Made by a program: the position numbers and the translations under genes
Source of the DNA: Octopus vulgaris
Lineage: Eukaryota
Length of the DNA: 64,000 bases
Direction of reading: 5' to 3'
NCBI GenBank assembly: GCA_951406725.2
Contig: OX597826.1
Coordinates: 59,768,001 to 59,832,000, forward strand
Part shown: positions 13,209 to 27,262 of the stretch, one piece after another
How positions within the stretch are numbered: the first letter of the stretch is position 1
Layout of the letters: each line of letters starts with the position of its first letter
Notes under the pieces: generated by a model
The model's database searches: none
What the model was told of the DNA's origin: nothing
The model's input: only the letters and a program-made list of their open reading frames with translations

Positions 13209-13440
13209 TATTTCTTTTCTACCCACAAGGGGCTAAACACAGAGAAGACAAACAAAGACAGACAAAGGGACTAAGTCGATTACATCGACCCTAGTGCGTA
13301 ACTGGTTCTTATTTAATCGACCCCGAAAGGATGAAAGGCAAAGTCGACCTCGGCGGAATTTGAACTCAGAACGTAGCGACGGACGAAATACCACTAAGCA
13401 TTTCGCCTGGCGTGCTAACGATTCTGCTAGCTTGCCACCT
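13209..13440 (-). mobile_element. SINE family B, full length
   Basis: Reverse complement of family B sequence. Confidence 0.9.
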
Positions 13441-14924
13441 TTAAATGTCAATATATATCTTACCTCTTTCCACACATTCTATGGTGTAATGAAAAGTAGG
13501 GAAAAGCGAACGAACTTATCAGACAACCGAATACATTGGTAGAAAAACAGATCCATTCTGCGGTCGTAATTATGGATTTGGGGAGATAGCTGTTTAAGTG
13601 AAATTGTTAGTAACATATTCAAGATACAGTATGTTAGAAATAAAATTTGAAATGCTTTCGTACATAGATGTACTCTATGATGGATAGCCGTTACCTAAAC
13701 AATATTTACATTAGCTTTGAGTTTCATCACCGTGAAAACGTGTGAAACAGTTGACAAGTAAGTATTACCATTAGAGTGTGATAGAAAAGATGATCCATAA
13801 TCTTAAGTAATAGATTGTTGGAGTGGATGATATTTTAACAGTTATTCATCAATCATAAATCTTACTAGCTTTGTGGAGCTTCATACTTTCTCGGCTTACT
13901 TTTGTTTATATAACTTTTTCTTCTTCTGGGATTTTAAGAATGGGCACTGTTCAATGTTTCATTAAGATCTCCAGGGCTGAGGAAATTCATGGCCTTGTTG
14001 AATTTTAATTCAACACCGCTGGAAGATGTGAACAAGAAGGAAGTTTCAGAAGACAAGAATTTTGGGAAGACATGTTGTAGCGGTTAGTGTGAACACAAAT
14101 GATGATTGGGTTCAAAACCATTGAACAGAAGTGGCAAGCGACAACTCTCGTGAACAGGGGGCGTTATAGGTAAAGACAACGATCAAAAAGCAGAGAGATG
14201 AGGAAGTACACTATGGGAAAAAACCAAGGTATGCTGGTTAACCTTTCATTGGGCTAAAGTGTATTTTATGCAGCAGCTAAATAGACGCATATGAAAGCAA
14301 TGCATTTTTATATACCTTATCTGAATGTTGTAGAGTAACATTATTCACGACTGCCATATATCGATAATAAAATATTAAATTAATTACTTAGTCACTCCAG
14401 GAGTTGATTCTACCCTACGAAGATCTAGCGGTTTCATTCTATCAACAAGAGGCATTTGAATAATACATGTTTCGTTTGGCAAATCATGAGAGCTGTAAGA
14501 GCTTCTCGGTCTAATTCATATTATAATACGTCATCCAAATATCACAAAACCATCACCCAAACTGTAAGAGAAACAGCTGATAAAAAAATAACAAATAAGG
14601 TTCTTACGCCTTGAGACTGAAGACAAGATGTTCTGATGGTCACTCTTGAATCGCTTTATATTTGACGTTTGTTTATTGCTTCGGTACCAAAATTCAATTG
14701 GTCATTACAGATGCGCTAATCTCTTTCTTACACTTACTCTTCTGTATGATATTTTACTCTTCGATAGACACACCCACTAGATTTACCAGCATGACACCTA
14801 GATTCTTCATGGCACAAGAACTTCTATCTTTCAAGTGTGTAGATAACATCGAGGTTGGGTTGAGTGCTATAACGGAAACACTCCCTATATATATATATAT
14901 ATAAGCAGGTATTAGCAAAACGAC

Positions 14925-15812
14925 TTCAAATACTTTTCCAGAGTTTCCTTGCAAGTAGTATGCTTCCTAAAAAGCTGAAACAACTTATTATATGCCCTAT
15001 CCACAAAGGTGGGAGCAGAGCAGAAGCAAAAAACTACAAGCCAATACCTCTGACTTCGCTTATCAGTAAAGTCATGGAACGAATCATCATAAAGAAGTTG
15101 ATAATGTTCCTAGAAGAAAATAACCTACTGAACATTACTCAGCATGGCTGCCGCCCAGGAAGTAGCTGTCTGACACAGCTCATTCAGCACTATGACTGGG
15201 TTTTGAAACAGCTGCTTGACTATTCAGATAACAGTATGATATACCTGGACTTTGCAAAGGTATTTGATAAGGTTGATCATTGTATAATAAGTCATAAGCT
15301 ACGAGACCTCAGCATTGCTGGTAAACTGGGAGAATGGCTGCATGACTTCTTTAAAAACAGAAGTCTGGTGGTTGCAGCCAATGGCACCCTTTCTGAGGAA
15401 ACTGAAATCGTAAGTGGTGTCCCCTAGGGAACTGCTCTGGGGCCATTACTGTTCATAAAAGACCTCTTAGACATGCCCACAGTCACTCGGACAGCCACTA
15501 TCACTAGCTATGCCGATGACAAAATTATCACAGGCAGTAAAAAAACAAGAGGATATTACAAGCTTACAGCAGAAGTAGAACTCAGTATACAAGTGGGCCG
15601 AAATAAACAACATGCTGTTTAATACTGGAAAATTTCAAACATTGCATTATAAACTCAGTACAAACACGAATACAGTACATTTACAGGACCCGAAGACACT
15701 ACAATCCCAGAGTTACAGGCGGTGAAAGACTTGGGGATCAGTATGTGCAATGATGCATCATTTCATATGCACACAAGTAAGATGGCAACAAAATGCAGAC
15801 AACTGGCAGGAT
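14925..15812 (+). mobile_element. Non-LTR retrotransposon reverse transcriptase fragment (CR1/L2/Jockey group), pseudogenised
   Basis: ORF 14960-15427 has PIHKGG..NYKPIPLTS..KVMERI..QHG.RPG.SC..IYLDFAKVFDKVDH..SGVP*G; YADD at ~15509; in-frame stop. Confidence 0.92.
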
Positions 15813-15814
15813 GG

Positions 15815-15870
15815 AACTGACAAAAGCGTTGTGCGTGAATTTGGTAGATGGAAACTTAAAGAAGCCCGTC

Positions 15871-15934
<64 letters not shown>

Positions 15935-16134
15935 CTATATGTGTGTGTCTGTGTTTGTCCTCACATCACCATTTGACAACCAATGTTAGTGCGTTTACGA
16001 CCCCGTGAACTAGCGGTTCGACAAAAGAGACGTTAGAATAGGTACCACTAGGGTCGATTCATTCTACTAAAAATTGCCAGCGGTGCCGCAGTCTAATGAC
16101 GGAAACCGGTAAACGATAGAGTAAAAGATACCTA

Positions 16135-16190
<56 letters not shown>

Positions 16191-16510
16191 CCTATGTGTG
16201 TACGTGTATCTGTATGTCTCTGTGTATGTATGTGTGAGTTTATTATAGAGCAGTAGTGTGTGTGTGTTTGTGTGTGTAAACTTTATGCTGTAAACCTTGA
16301 GGAATATGAACAGGCTTGACAAGCGACGGTGACGTGTTTACGTCCCCGTAAGTTAGCGGTTCGCCAAAAGAGATCGATAGAATAAGTGCTAGGCTTCCAA
16401 AGAATGAGTCCTGGGGGGTCGATTTGTTCGGCTAAAGGCGGTGCTCCAGAATGGCCGCGGTCAAATGACTGAAACCGGTAAAAGAAGAGTAAAGGAGTAA
16501 AGAGTAAAGA
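15815..16510 (+). mobile_element. SINE family A fragments (15815-16130 and 16315-16510)
   Basis: GAATTTGGTAGATGGAAAC..AAGAAGCCCGTCG and tail GGTGCTCCAG..GTCAAATGACTGAAAC. Confidence 0.82.
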
Positions 16511-16619
16511 GGCTATGGAGGATCATACAGGAGACAGATACTGGAAAAAAGACCCAGCGTTATCTTATCTATTAAACTCTGGTTGTAGTATCTCAGATGC
16601 CGACAACTTCAGAGACAAG

Positions 16620-17299
16620 ACGAAGAGTAATATGGATGACAATGATGCAATGATGACGATTTGGGGTTGACGACTGGCGATTATGATGACTATCATGATG
16701 AGGAAGGAGAGGAAAAGAAGAACGATATAAAGTGGAGGAAGAGAAGGAAGAGGAAGGGGAGAAGGAGAAGAAGAAGGAGAAGCAGGAGCAGAAGGAAGAG
16801 CAGGCGGAGCAGGTGGAGCAGGAGGAAGCGCTTCTGGTTTTGATATGAGGATGGCATGAATGGGTGTGATGAAAGTTCCAACGACAACAACGACGGCGAC
16901 AATGAAAATGATGACGATGTCGATATCGGATGTGACGTCTTCAGCGACAATTTGGATCGCAATGATTGTGACGACGAGGTGAGTGGAGAAGGAATGAAAG
17001 GTGAAGTAAGGGTATTATAAAAGGAAATGATATTTCTGGTTATCATAAGGAGGATGTGGTGAGAAGTGTGACGACCATGACGACGACGGTGAAGAATATG
17101 ATGATAATGATGATGATGATGATGATGATGACGATGACGATGACGGAGGTGATTATGATGTCGATGACAACTAAGATTCTGCTGTTATTAATGATGGTTG
17201 TGGTTATGTCGGTGTTGGCGGTGGTGGCAGTAATAGTAGTAGAAGTAGGAGGAGGAGGATGAGGAAGCGGATGGGGAGAAGGAGGAAGAGCGGGTAGTT

Positions 17300-17370
<71 letters not shown>

Positions 17371-17400
17371 CGTAGGAGGAGGAGGAGGAAAAGGAGAAGT
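16620..17400. repeat. Purine-rich degenerate trinucleotide low-complexity tract (GAT/GAG/TAG)
   Basis: Direct inspection; perfect (TAG)n at 17300-17370. Confidence 0.85.
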
Positions 17401-17659
17401 GAGAGAACATACGGAAATATAAATGTAGGAAAATGGAGATTTTTAGAAAATGATAAATGAAAAGATGAAAAGGGATGAGATTATCTTCAGCATCAGTACC
17501 GACACCACCAGCACCAGTACCCCATTCCTGCCCTATCACCACCACCACTACCACTAATATCATCATCAGCAACAACATCAGCCACAATAATATATATGCA
17601 TAGTTATCTATATATATACACAACTGTCTATCTAACAATCTGTCTATCTATCTGTCTAT

Positions 17660-17759
<100 letters not shown>

Positions 17760-17885
17760 ACCTATCTATCCATCTATCTATTTATCTATCTATGTGTCTG
17801 TCTGTTATCTATCTCTCAGCCTGTCTGCCTATCAATCTATCTAGCTATCCATTTATCTATCTACCTACTTACCCACATATATATA

Positions 17886-17950
<65 letters not shown>

Positions 17951-18382
17951 CATGTATGTATGTATGTATACTATATATGTCAACAAAGACAGCAATAACA
18001 ATACGAGCATGTATTTGTGTAATTTTCGTCTGTCGTGTACAGTCGAGTCAGCGGTATTTGTTTATAAGGTGACAACTTCTTTTCTTTTACTGTCTGCAGC
18101 TGTAGTAAGAAAGAATCCCTCCCAGTGGAACATGGTCAAGGTATGAAAACGTTGTCTATTGCAAGAGTGGAATGTCTTGTTCAGGTGACAAGTTCTGAAT
18201 TCTGAGGTGAATGGGTGGTTTATGTTGCATTCATAGCCAACTTGGGAGCTTCTCTGTATTGGAGCTATCATTTACTGACAAAAGAGGTGACAAAATCGTT
18301 TGCGAACGTTTAGTTGTGTGTGCATATGAATGCTACATAACTTTCTTTTGTTCTTTTTGTTATTATTAATATTATTGTTGTA

Positions 18383-18555
18383 AAGGCGGCGAGCTAGCCG
18401 AACCGTTGCTACGTCGGAGTAAACACTTAACGGATTTTTATTTGGCCTTTTATGTTCTGAGTTCAAATTTACCCAAGGTCAAATTTGGGTTTTTTTTTCG
18501 TTCAGGACTTATAAAAGAACGAAACTGTCAAGGACATGGAGCTGGTGTAATGGAC
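18383..18555 (+). mobile_element. SINE family B, decayed
   Basis: GGCGGCGAGCTAGCCGAA...GTTCTGAGTTCAAAT. Confidence 0.7.
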
Positions 18556-21501
18556 TTTCTCTTCACCCGACTAATCCATGTAAAGCGGTTCACTAACCTG
18601 GCCACAGTGCAATGACTGATACAAGTAAAGGATTGAAGGAAATGAATAAACGGATAATCTATATATCGAATATTTTCTAATTCGAGATAGAAAAGATTCT
18701 AGAAACAAACAAAATTTCGAAGTAAAGTACAAGAAATCCAGATTATCGACGATTGAGCACAGATTAAGATTTAAGTTTCTGGAATTCCATACAGATATTT
18801 ACAAATAGTTCATTATTGTTCAAATCCATTCTAACTTACATCAACCGGATCTACAATCAAAGACATCCCATTTGTCACCATCTGTTATTCATAAACTTTA
18901 AGGTTGCTTGGGCTCCTTCTACAGAGGCTTATCGATCACGTACAAGCTGAGTCATCTAATCTTTAGTAGTTATTATCACAGACGATTAAAAGTGAAATAA
19001 TTGAGAATGTTTGTTAGAAGGCGACAATAATATTACTGTGTATCGTACTCAATGCATACACACAATTTAAAGACATAATGCTCTAGGATTGTTTCAGATA
19101 AAAACTTTGAATACACTTGTGTTAAAAATATAGTATATACCGGAGCGAGACGTTCATCGTCTCACAATTGAGTAACAGGAGAGACAGACTCGCTTTGCCT
19201 TCCTTAACGCTTGCCGAGACCGTGTAATCGTTTGAATGTGGCTTCAATGATACTCGTGCTGCGATATATAGGAAACAGTGAATAAAATATTGCGAATGAA
19301 ATTCTTGGTTGCTGAAAAATTTAGTCTAAGCAATTGAAACAGCATTCAGTTACAATTGCCATCTACGGATCATACTACATGTATGTTAAAATGCATAATA
19401 CTTTCTAATTTTCTGATATGATATTGGAGCTTTACGAACATCTTCATGACAGGGCCTCACGAGATTAAGTCTATCAAGAAATATCATCACAGATAATTCT
19501 ACAGCGCTATATCTTTGAAAGATGTGCATATATTTAGTAAGTTGCACTCATGGAGATTTTAGTTTAAGGCTGTTTCAATTGCGTTTACCTTTTATTTCAC
19601 GAGTAGAAAATAGTTCCTTATTTCAGTTACATGTCTGTGCACTGTCACGTAAAAGAAAGCACATATTTTCATACGTTTGTTCAAAATATTTGATACCATA
19701 GTGAATATTGACAATAATAGAATTATGTTTAATGCCAGGGCGTGTCTTCTACATGTGAAACGTTGATGTTCTCATCTACTCAGTGTTCACTCTTTGCCAT
19801 TATATTTTCTTCTTGATTTCCGTTGTATGGTTATTGGCCCTTGACAGATGTAGCTTTTGTAACCTCTTGCATTTATTTGATTTCATGACGAGTTGACTGA
19901 GTATTCCGGACATTTATGCTATAGATATTATGCTAATACATTACGTGTTATTATCTAGGAAGATTTGCCCAATACCCTGTAAAAACTCTCTGACCACAGC
20001 GTATATAAATGAATATCGATTCTGTTGCCAATGTGTAAAACCAAATTTTGAAAGCGCGACAGGGAAAGATACATAGACACTGAAAGCAGGACAGGCTGCC
20101 TATACTTAGTCGTCGGCCTTTAAGAATGAAACTCCAGACCTTCTTCACATCACACTTACACTATGCCGTCTTAAAAGAGAGGGACGGCACATTATGTTAA
20201 ATAGTAATGTATATTCAAGAAGTCACTTTGACCAAGACTGCAAGGTTTTTCTTCAAAAATATACTTGTGTTTAAACAACATGTGGTTATTTCACTGACGG
20301 TTAGTGAAGAAATACTAAAACACTCGTTTGTGTATGTTCAATTCTTACATATCAAAAGAGACGTTCTTCCATTCTCTCTTTGAAATCTGATGTCAAGTTT
20401 GCACAGACTTTTATGGGAGTCGTTGTCTCCATTTTTACCAAAACATTATAATCCTCCTCAGTTGTACAACAATGCGACTAATTGTACCTTAGCGGTCAGC
20501 GTGAATCAGTTCGTCTTCTCTTTGGCTATTCCTCGCAGATGTCAGTTAATACACTTCATTGCCTGGTGTGTCTTCAATGTTGGCTTGCTCTCCTGTAAAA
20601 TGCGTTGTCCGTTGTTATTCTCAGGGGTTGTATCTACAAAAAAGCGTATATTCATCTGTGGATGTTGGACATGCTACAACCCTCCTTCGGCAAGAAGTTA
20701 TTGGCCTGAAATAAAAACAGAAAGAAGAGTTGCTATACCGGAAATGTTACTCTGCCAACATATACAATTTGAAAGACCTACAGTATTAGCTTCAATGTTT
20801 AGGTGTATATATATATGCATACACACATACACACATAGACACATATATGTAGGTAAATCCATCCTAAATTATATGGAACGAATTTTGGGAAGACACACTC
20901 TCAGAAGTCTGAATGTAGTCAAAGAATGTTTGAAACAAGTTCATAAAGATATGAAAATTTATGTCAGCGAGTGAAACCAACAAAGGTAAGTATTGATTGA
21001 ATGTCCAGCCTGTATAATTGAAACGACAGAATTCATAAAACGTAGCTGCACATCCATTATTAATTGTTACGTTAAGACGTGATTCTCTACATCATTTATT
21101 TGTGATTCATCCACTTATAAAATCACTAAAGCACGAATTAGTCCACCATGTTGTCCTTCATAATTGAAACGGGATTTATCAAAATAGAAGCTAAGTATAA
21201 TTAATCAATTAGATAGACAAGCAACTTACTTGAAATCTTTCCCTGCATGCTAACTTTATGCAGCGAGTTTCATGATTGAAATATCATGATACAGGTGTTC
21301 AACAGGTTTCGGATTGACATGCATCTGCAATAGCAACGTGTTTGAGATCTGTAATATTGATTTTTTTTTCTCTGTAGGGAAGGAGTCAATGTTTTTTCCT
21401 TTTCACACACGATTTAGAGATTATATATTCAGCCAGCTTAAGTTATTTTTCTAAGAAGCATTTACAAACACACACAAATGTTTAAATATTTAGTACCCAA
21501 A

Positions 21502-21841
21502 ATAAAAGCGACGAAATTATTTTGGCAACTCAAATTTAAATGCCGAAGTGAATCTAACGGTTTTTGTGTTTTAAAATGGCTTATAAACAACATTCCACGC
21601 TGCACACGTTCTCAGATCAGGTCACTTGCTATTCAAGTACATCTCCGTAATATATATATGTGTGTGTGCGTGCGTGTGTGTGTGTGTATGTACATACATA
21701 CATTCATATAAATATATGTATTTAGAATCTATATATATATATAGATAGATGAAACACTCTCATACCATTTATCTCTCACTACATGTAAACATGCACGGAG
21801 AATGTAGCAAATACATTTAGAAAAACGGTTCATCCAGTTTA
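21502..21841 (+). repeat. ~340-bp segment duplicated at 23090-23437
   Basis: ATAAAAGCGACGAAATTATTTTGGCA...CGGTTCATCCAGTTTA present twice with few differences. Confidence 0.9.
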
Positions 21842-21896
21842 CATGTTGCATAGAAGGACGATGCTCAAATGTCTTTTTTTTATTTAATTAACAAAA

Positions 21897-22370
21897 GCAA
21901 TGAGCTGGCAGAATCGTTAACACGCAAGGTGAAATGCTTAGCGGTATTTCGTCCGCCGTTACGTTCTGAGTTCAATTTCCGCCGAGGTCCACTTTACCTT
22001 TCATCCTTTCGGGGTCGATAAATTAAGTATCAGTAACACACTGGGGTCGATGTAATCGACTTAATCCGTTTGTCTGTCCTTGTTTGTCCTCTCTCTGTTT
22101 AGACTCTTGTGGGTTGTAAAGAAATAGGTATTTCGTCTGCCGCTACGTTCTGAGTTGAAATTCCGCCGAGGTCGACTTTACCTTTCATCCTTTCGGGGTC
22201 GATACATTAATTACCAGTTTTTCACTGGAGTCGATGTAATCGACTTAATCCCTTTGTCTGTCCTTGTTTGTTCCCTCTATGTTTAGCCCCTTGTAGGCAA
22301 TAAAGAAATAAGAATCTTTAGCATACCGGACAAAATCTTTAGAAACATTTTCTGTCATTTGGTTCAAATT
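21897..22370 (+). mobile_element. SINE family B with internal 184-bp tandem duplication
   Basis: GGTATTTCGTC at 21943 and 22127. Confidence 0.88.
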
Positions 22371-22849
22371 CACCCAGTAGCCTCCAAATCCTTGTTCCCT
22401 ATCCTACGGCGACATATATTATCCCTAAATTATTTGAATCACCTTAGTAACACTAGAATTCATTTACCTTATACGAATTCTTTTATATATGTTTATAGTG
22501 AAGTTATATCGGTTTTTGGACAACTTCCATAACCAATTTCAATTTTGAACATAAATACTTTTCACTGACACGTTTAAATTACTTCCCTTTGATAGTTTCA
22601 CTTCTAAAACCCATTTTCGTTGAACTAATTGTTTCATCCATCATTGTGATTTATCAGCCTATCAGTATTGTTGCTGTCTTGTAAATTAGTCTATGCAAAA
22701 TCTATATAGACATATAGGTCAGCCAATGAAATGGGGCCGAATATTATTGTCTTCATAGTACTGAAGCCGTTTAACAAACAGGACTTGGAAAAGGCGAGTG
22801 GTGAAGTAGTCGATGAGCCGAATATATTGATAGATAGAAGAGTATTCAT

Positions 22850-23016
22850 TTATTTGTTTCAGTCAATTGACTGCGGCCATGCTGGTGCACTACTTTTGAT
22901 CGGGCAAACCTACCCCAGGACTTATTCTTTGTAAGCCTAGTACTTATTCTACCGGTCTCTTTTGCCGAACCGCTAATTTAGGGGGATCAGCATCGGTTGT
23001 CAACTGATAAACACAC

Positions 23017-23045
<29 letters not shown>
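22850..23045 (-). mobile_element. SINE family A tail
   Basis: TTTCAGTCAATTGACTGCGGCCATGCTGG... Confidence 0.82.
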
Positions 23046-23089
<44 letters not shown>

Positions 23090-23095
<6 letters not shown>

Positions 23096-23437
23096 CGACG
23101 AAATTATTTTGGCAAATTAAATTTAAATGCTGAGGTGAATCTAACGGTTTTTGTGTTTTAAAATGGCTTATAAACACCTTCCACGCTGCACACGTTCTCA
23201 GATCAGGTCACTTGCTATGCAAGTACATCTCCGTAACATATATATATGTGTGTGTGTGCGTGCGTGTGTGTGTGTGTGTGTGTGTGTATGTACATACATA
23301 CATATAAATATATGTATTTAGAATTTCTCTATATATATATATAGATGAAATACTCCCATACCATTTATCTCTCACTACATGTAAACACGCACGGAGAATG
23401 TAGCAAATACATTTAGAAAAACGGTTCATCCAGTTTA
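23090..23437 (+). repeat. Second copy of the 340-bp duplication
   Basis: Matches 21502-21841; begins at a (TA)n. Confidence 0.9.
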
Positions 23438-23654
23438 TAAATCTACAAACAGGAGGGTAGATACACTAGTCTCAATTGATTTCGCTTTCTGTGTCGAATT
23501 AAAACTTAAAGCTCGTCAGTAAGCCATACTACGTAAACTATTTAAAAAAATATATTTACCCTTCTGTGCTCGTTTATTCAGTTGAAGTCGTAGGGCCTTA
23601 TGCTTGTATATATATCAATCGAATCATAGGTGAATTATATATCTATATATATAA

Positions 23655-23850
23655 TAATAACAAAGGGTAAAACTTATTAATTGAGAAGTAATCAATAATT
23701 TCACCAAGTAGAATTCGGCATGAAAAAAAGGATCATTTCACGGTAAACTTAAGTAATACTTAATAATGAAGGTTCAGCAAAGATTTGCTTTACTACATAC
23801 CGAAGTTTAGAAATAGAAGCCAAAAACCTTAGCTATTTCTTCTAATTTAA
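23655..23850. mobile_element. Short structured repeat, family C
   Basis: Homologous to 9800-10000; flanked by TA-rich sequence. Confidence 0.6.
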
Positions 23851-23886
23851 AATATGTAAACATATTTATATATATATATGTAAACA

Positions 23887-23928
<42 letters not shown>

Positions 23929-24000
23929 AATGTATATGTATTTATATATATATAATTATTTGTGTATCTATATTTATATGTATACATATCTATATATCTA

Positions 24001-24152
<152 letters not shown>

Positions 24153-24936
24153 TAGATATATAGATATATATACATATAAATATAGATACACAAATAATTT
24201 TATATATATAAATACATATACATATATATATATATATATAAATATGTTTACATATATGTATATATATATATGTATATATGTGTGTCTGTGTGTGCATGTG
24301 AGTGGGTGTGTATGCGTTTGTGTGTGTACGTGTATATGTGCGTATGCGAGTGTGTGCGTATGTGTGTGCGTATGTGTGTATGTGATGTTTATATGTGTGA
24401 TATTCTGTGAGTGCATATTCAGGTGTGGTTGTAATCTAATGCGTGAGCTGCAAGTGGATGTTCTTGTGTCCCCATTATTGAGTTTGCTTTTGTGTATTTG
24501 TGTGTGTGTACGTGTGTGCGTGTGTCTGAGTGTTCATGTCTGTGTGTGAGTAAGCGCGTGTCTGAGTAAATATGCGTGAACCTTTTTCGTCTAAATATCG
24601 CACGCCTTTAGTTAACGTTTTCTCGAAGCTAATCCAAATTAAGTCTTTTCGGAAATACACCTATCGCATTTTCGAAATATTTTATAAAATCCAAAGGCAA
24701 ATGAAATATTAATCCAATTTAAGTCTTATGATTTTGACGAAGCATACATTGTTATAATACTTGGAATTTTTCAGGTAACCCAAGTATTAGCACCGAGAAT
24801 TTATTTGGTAAGATTCGTAGAATGTACAACACAATCCACTGATTATTGTCCTCTCATTAGCCTTCTTATAATTCTCGGTATTTACATTCATACCATTTTG
24901 TTATATGACTATGTTTATACATATGTATATATATAT

Positions 24937-25224
24937 CAGCATGACCGACCAGGCTATCAGATATTGCTAAACGTCGCTGGTCACAATGCGCTTCGCATTG
25001 TTTTAGCCTTCAAATGACGCCACACCGCTGGCTAAACGAGCAGGCCAACAGGAGAAAGTTGTGGCGAAAGAGTACAGCAGGGATCGCCACCATCCCCTGC
25101 CGGAGCCCTGTGGAGGTTCAGGTGTTTTCGCTCAATAAACACTCACAACGCCCGGTCTGAGAATCGAAACCACGATCCTACAACCGTGAGTCCACTGCCC
25201 TAACCACTAGGCCATTGCGCCTCC
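24937..25224 (-). mobile_element. tRNA-derived SINE (family E)
   Basis: Minus-strand head GGAGGCGCAATGGCCTAGTGGTTAGGGCAGTGGAC (A box)...GGTTTCGATTC (B box), followed by a non-tRNA body; flanked by (TA)n. Confidence 0.82.
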
Positions 25225-25226
25225 AT

Positions 25227-25287
<61 letters not shown>

Positions 25288-25313
25288 TGTGAATGTGTGT
25301 GTGAGTGTGAGTA

Positions 25314-25380
<67 letters not shown>

Positions 25381-25607
25381 CACGTACATGTGTGTATGTG
25401 GTGAATATGTACGCATACATATATATGCATATATATGTACAAAACATATAGATATATGTGCATGTATGTATAAATATATACAGTAGTACTTCGGTTTTCG
25501 AACACCTCTTATCTCTCTCTCTCTCTCTCTCTCCCTCTCTCACACATACATATAAATGCACACGTACGCGTGCACATGTACATGTATGTATGTATATATA
25601 TGAATAA

Positions 25608-25760
25608 ACGACGGGCTTCTCTCAGTTTCCGTCTACCAAATACTCCCACAAAGCTTTGGTCGACCCGAAATTATAGTAACACAAGGTACCACGCGGTGAG
25701 ACTGAACCGGAACCACGTTGTTGGGAAGCAAGCTTCTTACCATAAAGCCACCCCTGCGCA
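25608..25760 (-). mobile_element. SINE family A head, decayed
   Basis: ACGACGGGCTTCTCTCAGTTTCCGTCTACCAAAT...GACTGAACCGGAACC. Confidence 0.78.
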
Positions 25761-27262
25761 TATATGTGAACACATATATAAAGATGTCATAATTTGAGTG
25801 AAACGAAATAGTGATAATTTGAAATTGAAAACGGACGTTTCAGATCTGCACTCACACATACTCACACATGATAAACAGATATATAGATATCAATATGTAT
25901 ATAAAGGAAGAGAGATAGAAAGACAGAAAGACAGAGAGACAGACAGAAAGACAGAGAGACAGACAGATAGACAGAGAGACAGACAGAAAAACAGATCCTA
26001 TGTAAGACTTTTCGGTATTCTCTGTAAACGCATACAAACCGTTTTAAGGGCTACACACTTTGTAGAGTTGTTATTGGATTAGCGAAACGATTATGAGAAC
26101 GGAACCAAGGGATAAGTCCAGCTTTTCCAGGAATTACCGGGTACGTCAGCTAGTGTTGCATATAGCTATTCTCTTTGTCATTCAGCGAATGTAAATGTTC
26201 GGGTATTAGGATTTCATGTTTTATAATTGCTCCGAGTTACATGGCTACTCAGAGATAGTCTTCGAAATAAAGTGTAACTGTCTGTCTGTTTATCTCATGT
26301 ATGTATGTGTGTGAGAGGATGACGGGACTCCACTCAGTTCCTATCTATCAAAACCACTCACTAGGGCTTGGTTCTATTGTAGAAGATGCTCGCCCAAGAT
26401 GTTGTGCAAAGAGACTGAACTCAAATCAACGTGGTTGAAAATGTAGCCATTCCTATTCGTCTTCGAATTTTCGCATTGTTATTCCTTCGTATAGGATAGA
26501 TCTACATTCTATGATATACTTTCTAGCACACTCTTTAAAATTTTACATAATTATTTTGTCGCACAGAAAATGACTATCAAAAGATCTTTTTCGCCCAGTG
26601 CACTCTAAAATATTTTCTTATTCATTATATCACAATAATGCAGAATATTGTTATCATGTGCGATGTTATGTTGCACGTGGAAATTAAAAATACAACTACG
26701 TGAATATGAACATTAAATTAAAATTATCCGTGAATTATTATTATTTTTTTTTTACATTTCAGTTCGGATTTTGTCAACGTAGCTATGATCGGTATAGGTT
26801 ACGCTGTTGTTTCGATAGATAACGCTATCAAAACGTTATGATTTCTGTAAAAATTCCAAGTTCAATATTGCACTAAATTTGCTTCTAAACACATACGGAC
26901 AAACATATATATGAGTGTATTTGTATACATACATACACGCACCCATACGTGCATACATGCGTACATATATATACTTACATGCAGACCTCATATTTTCTTG
27001 TTGTTTTCTGTTCATGTTCGCCTAACATATCCGTTCTCTTATACGCTAGCAATTTATGTCGCTGATACAGCAAAATTGAATGATGTTGTTTGAATGTCTC
27101 GAAATCATGATGAGAGTTCTCTGACTAGCAATGGAAAATGGCGCAACAATTGTGGGTGCCATTTACCTTTTGTTCTACGTGTTCCTTTTGCCGTCACCCT
27201 CTGCTACATTTTCACTACATAGAAGTTCATCCGGGTGTTTGAATGAAAATAAATATAAAAAT

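Noticed and set aside
16661-16843. Protamine-like Arg-rich ORF
   Set aside because: Non-ATG start inside a purine-rich low-complexity tract.
20390-20974. 194-aa ORF
   Set aside because: No recognisable motif; runs through a TA/CA microsatellite; likely chance.
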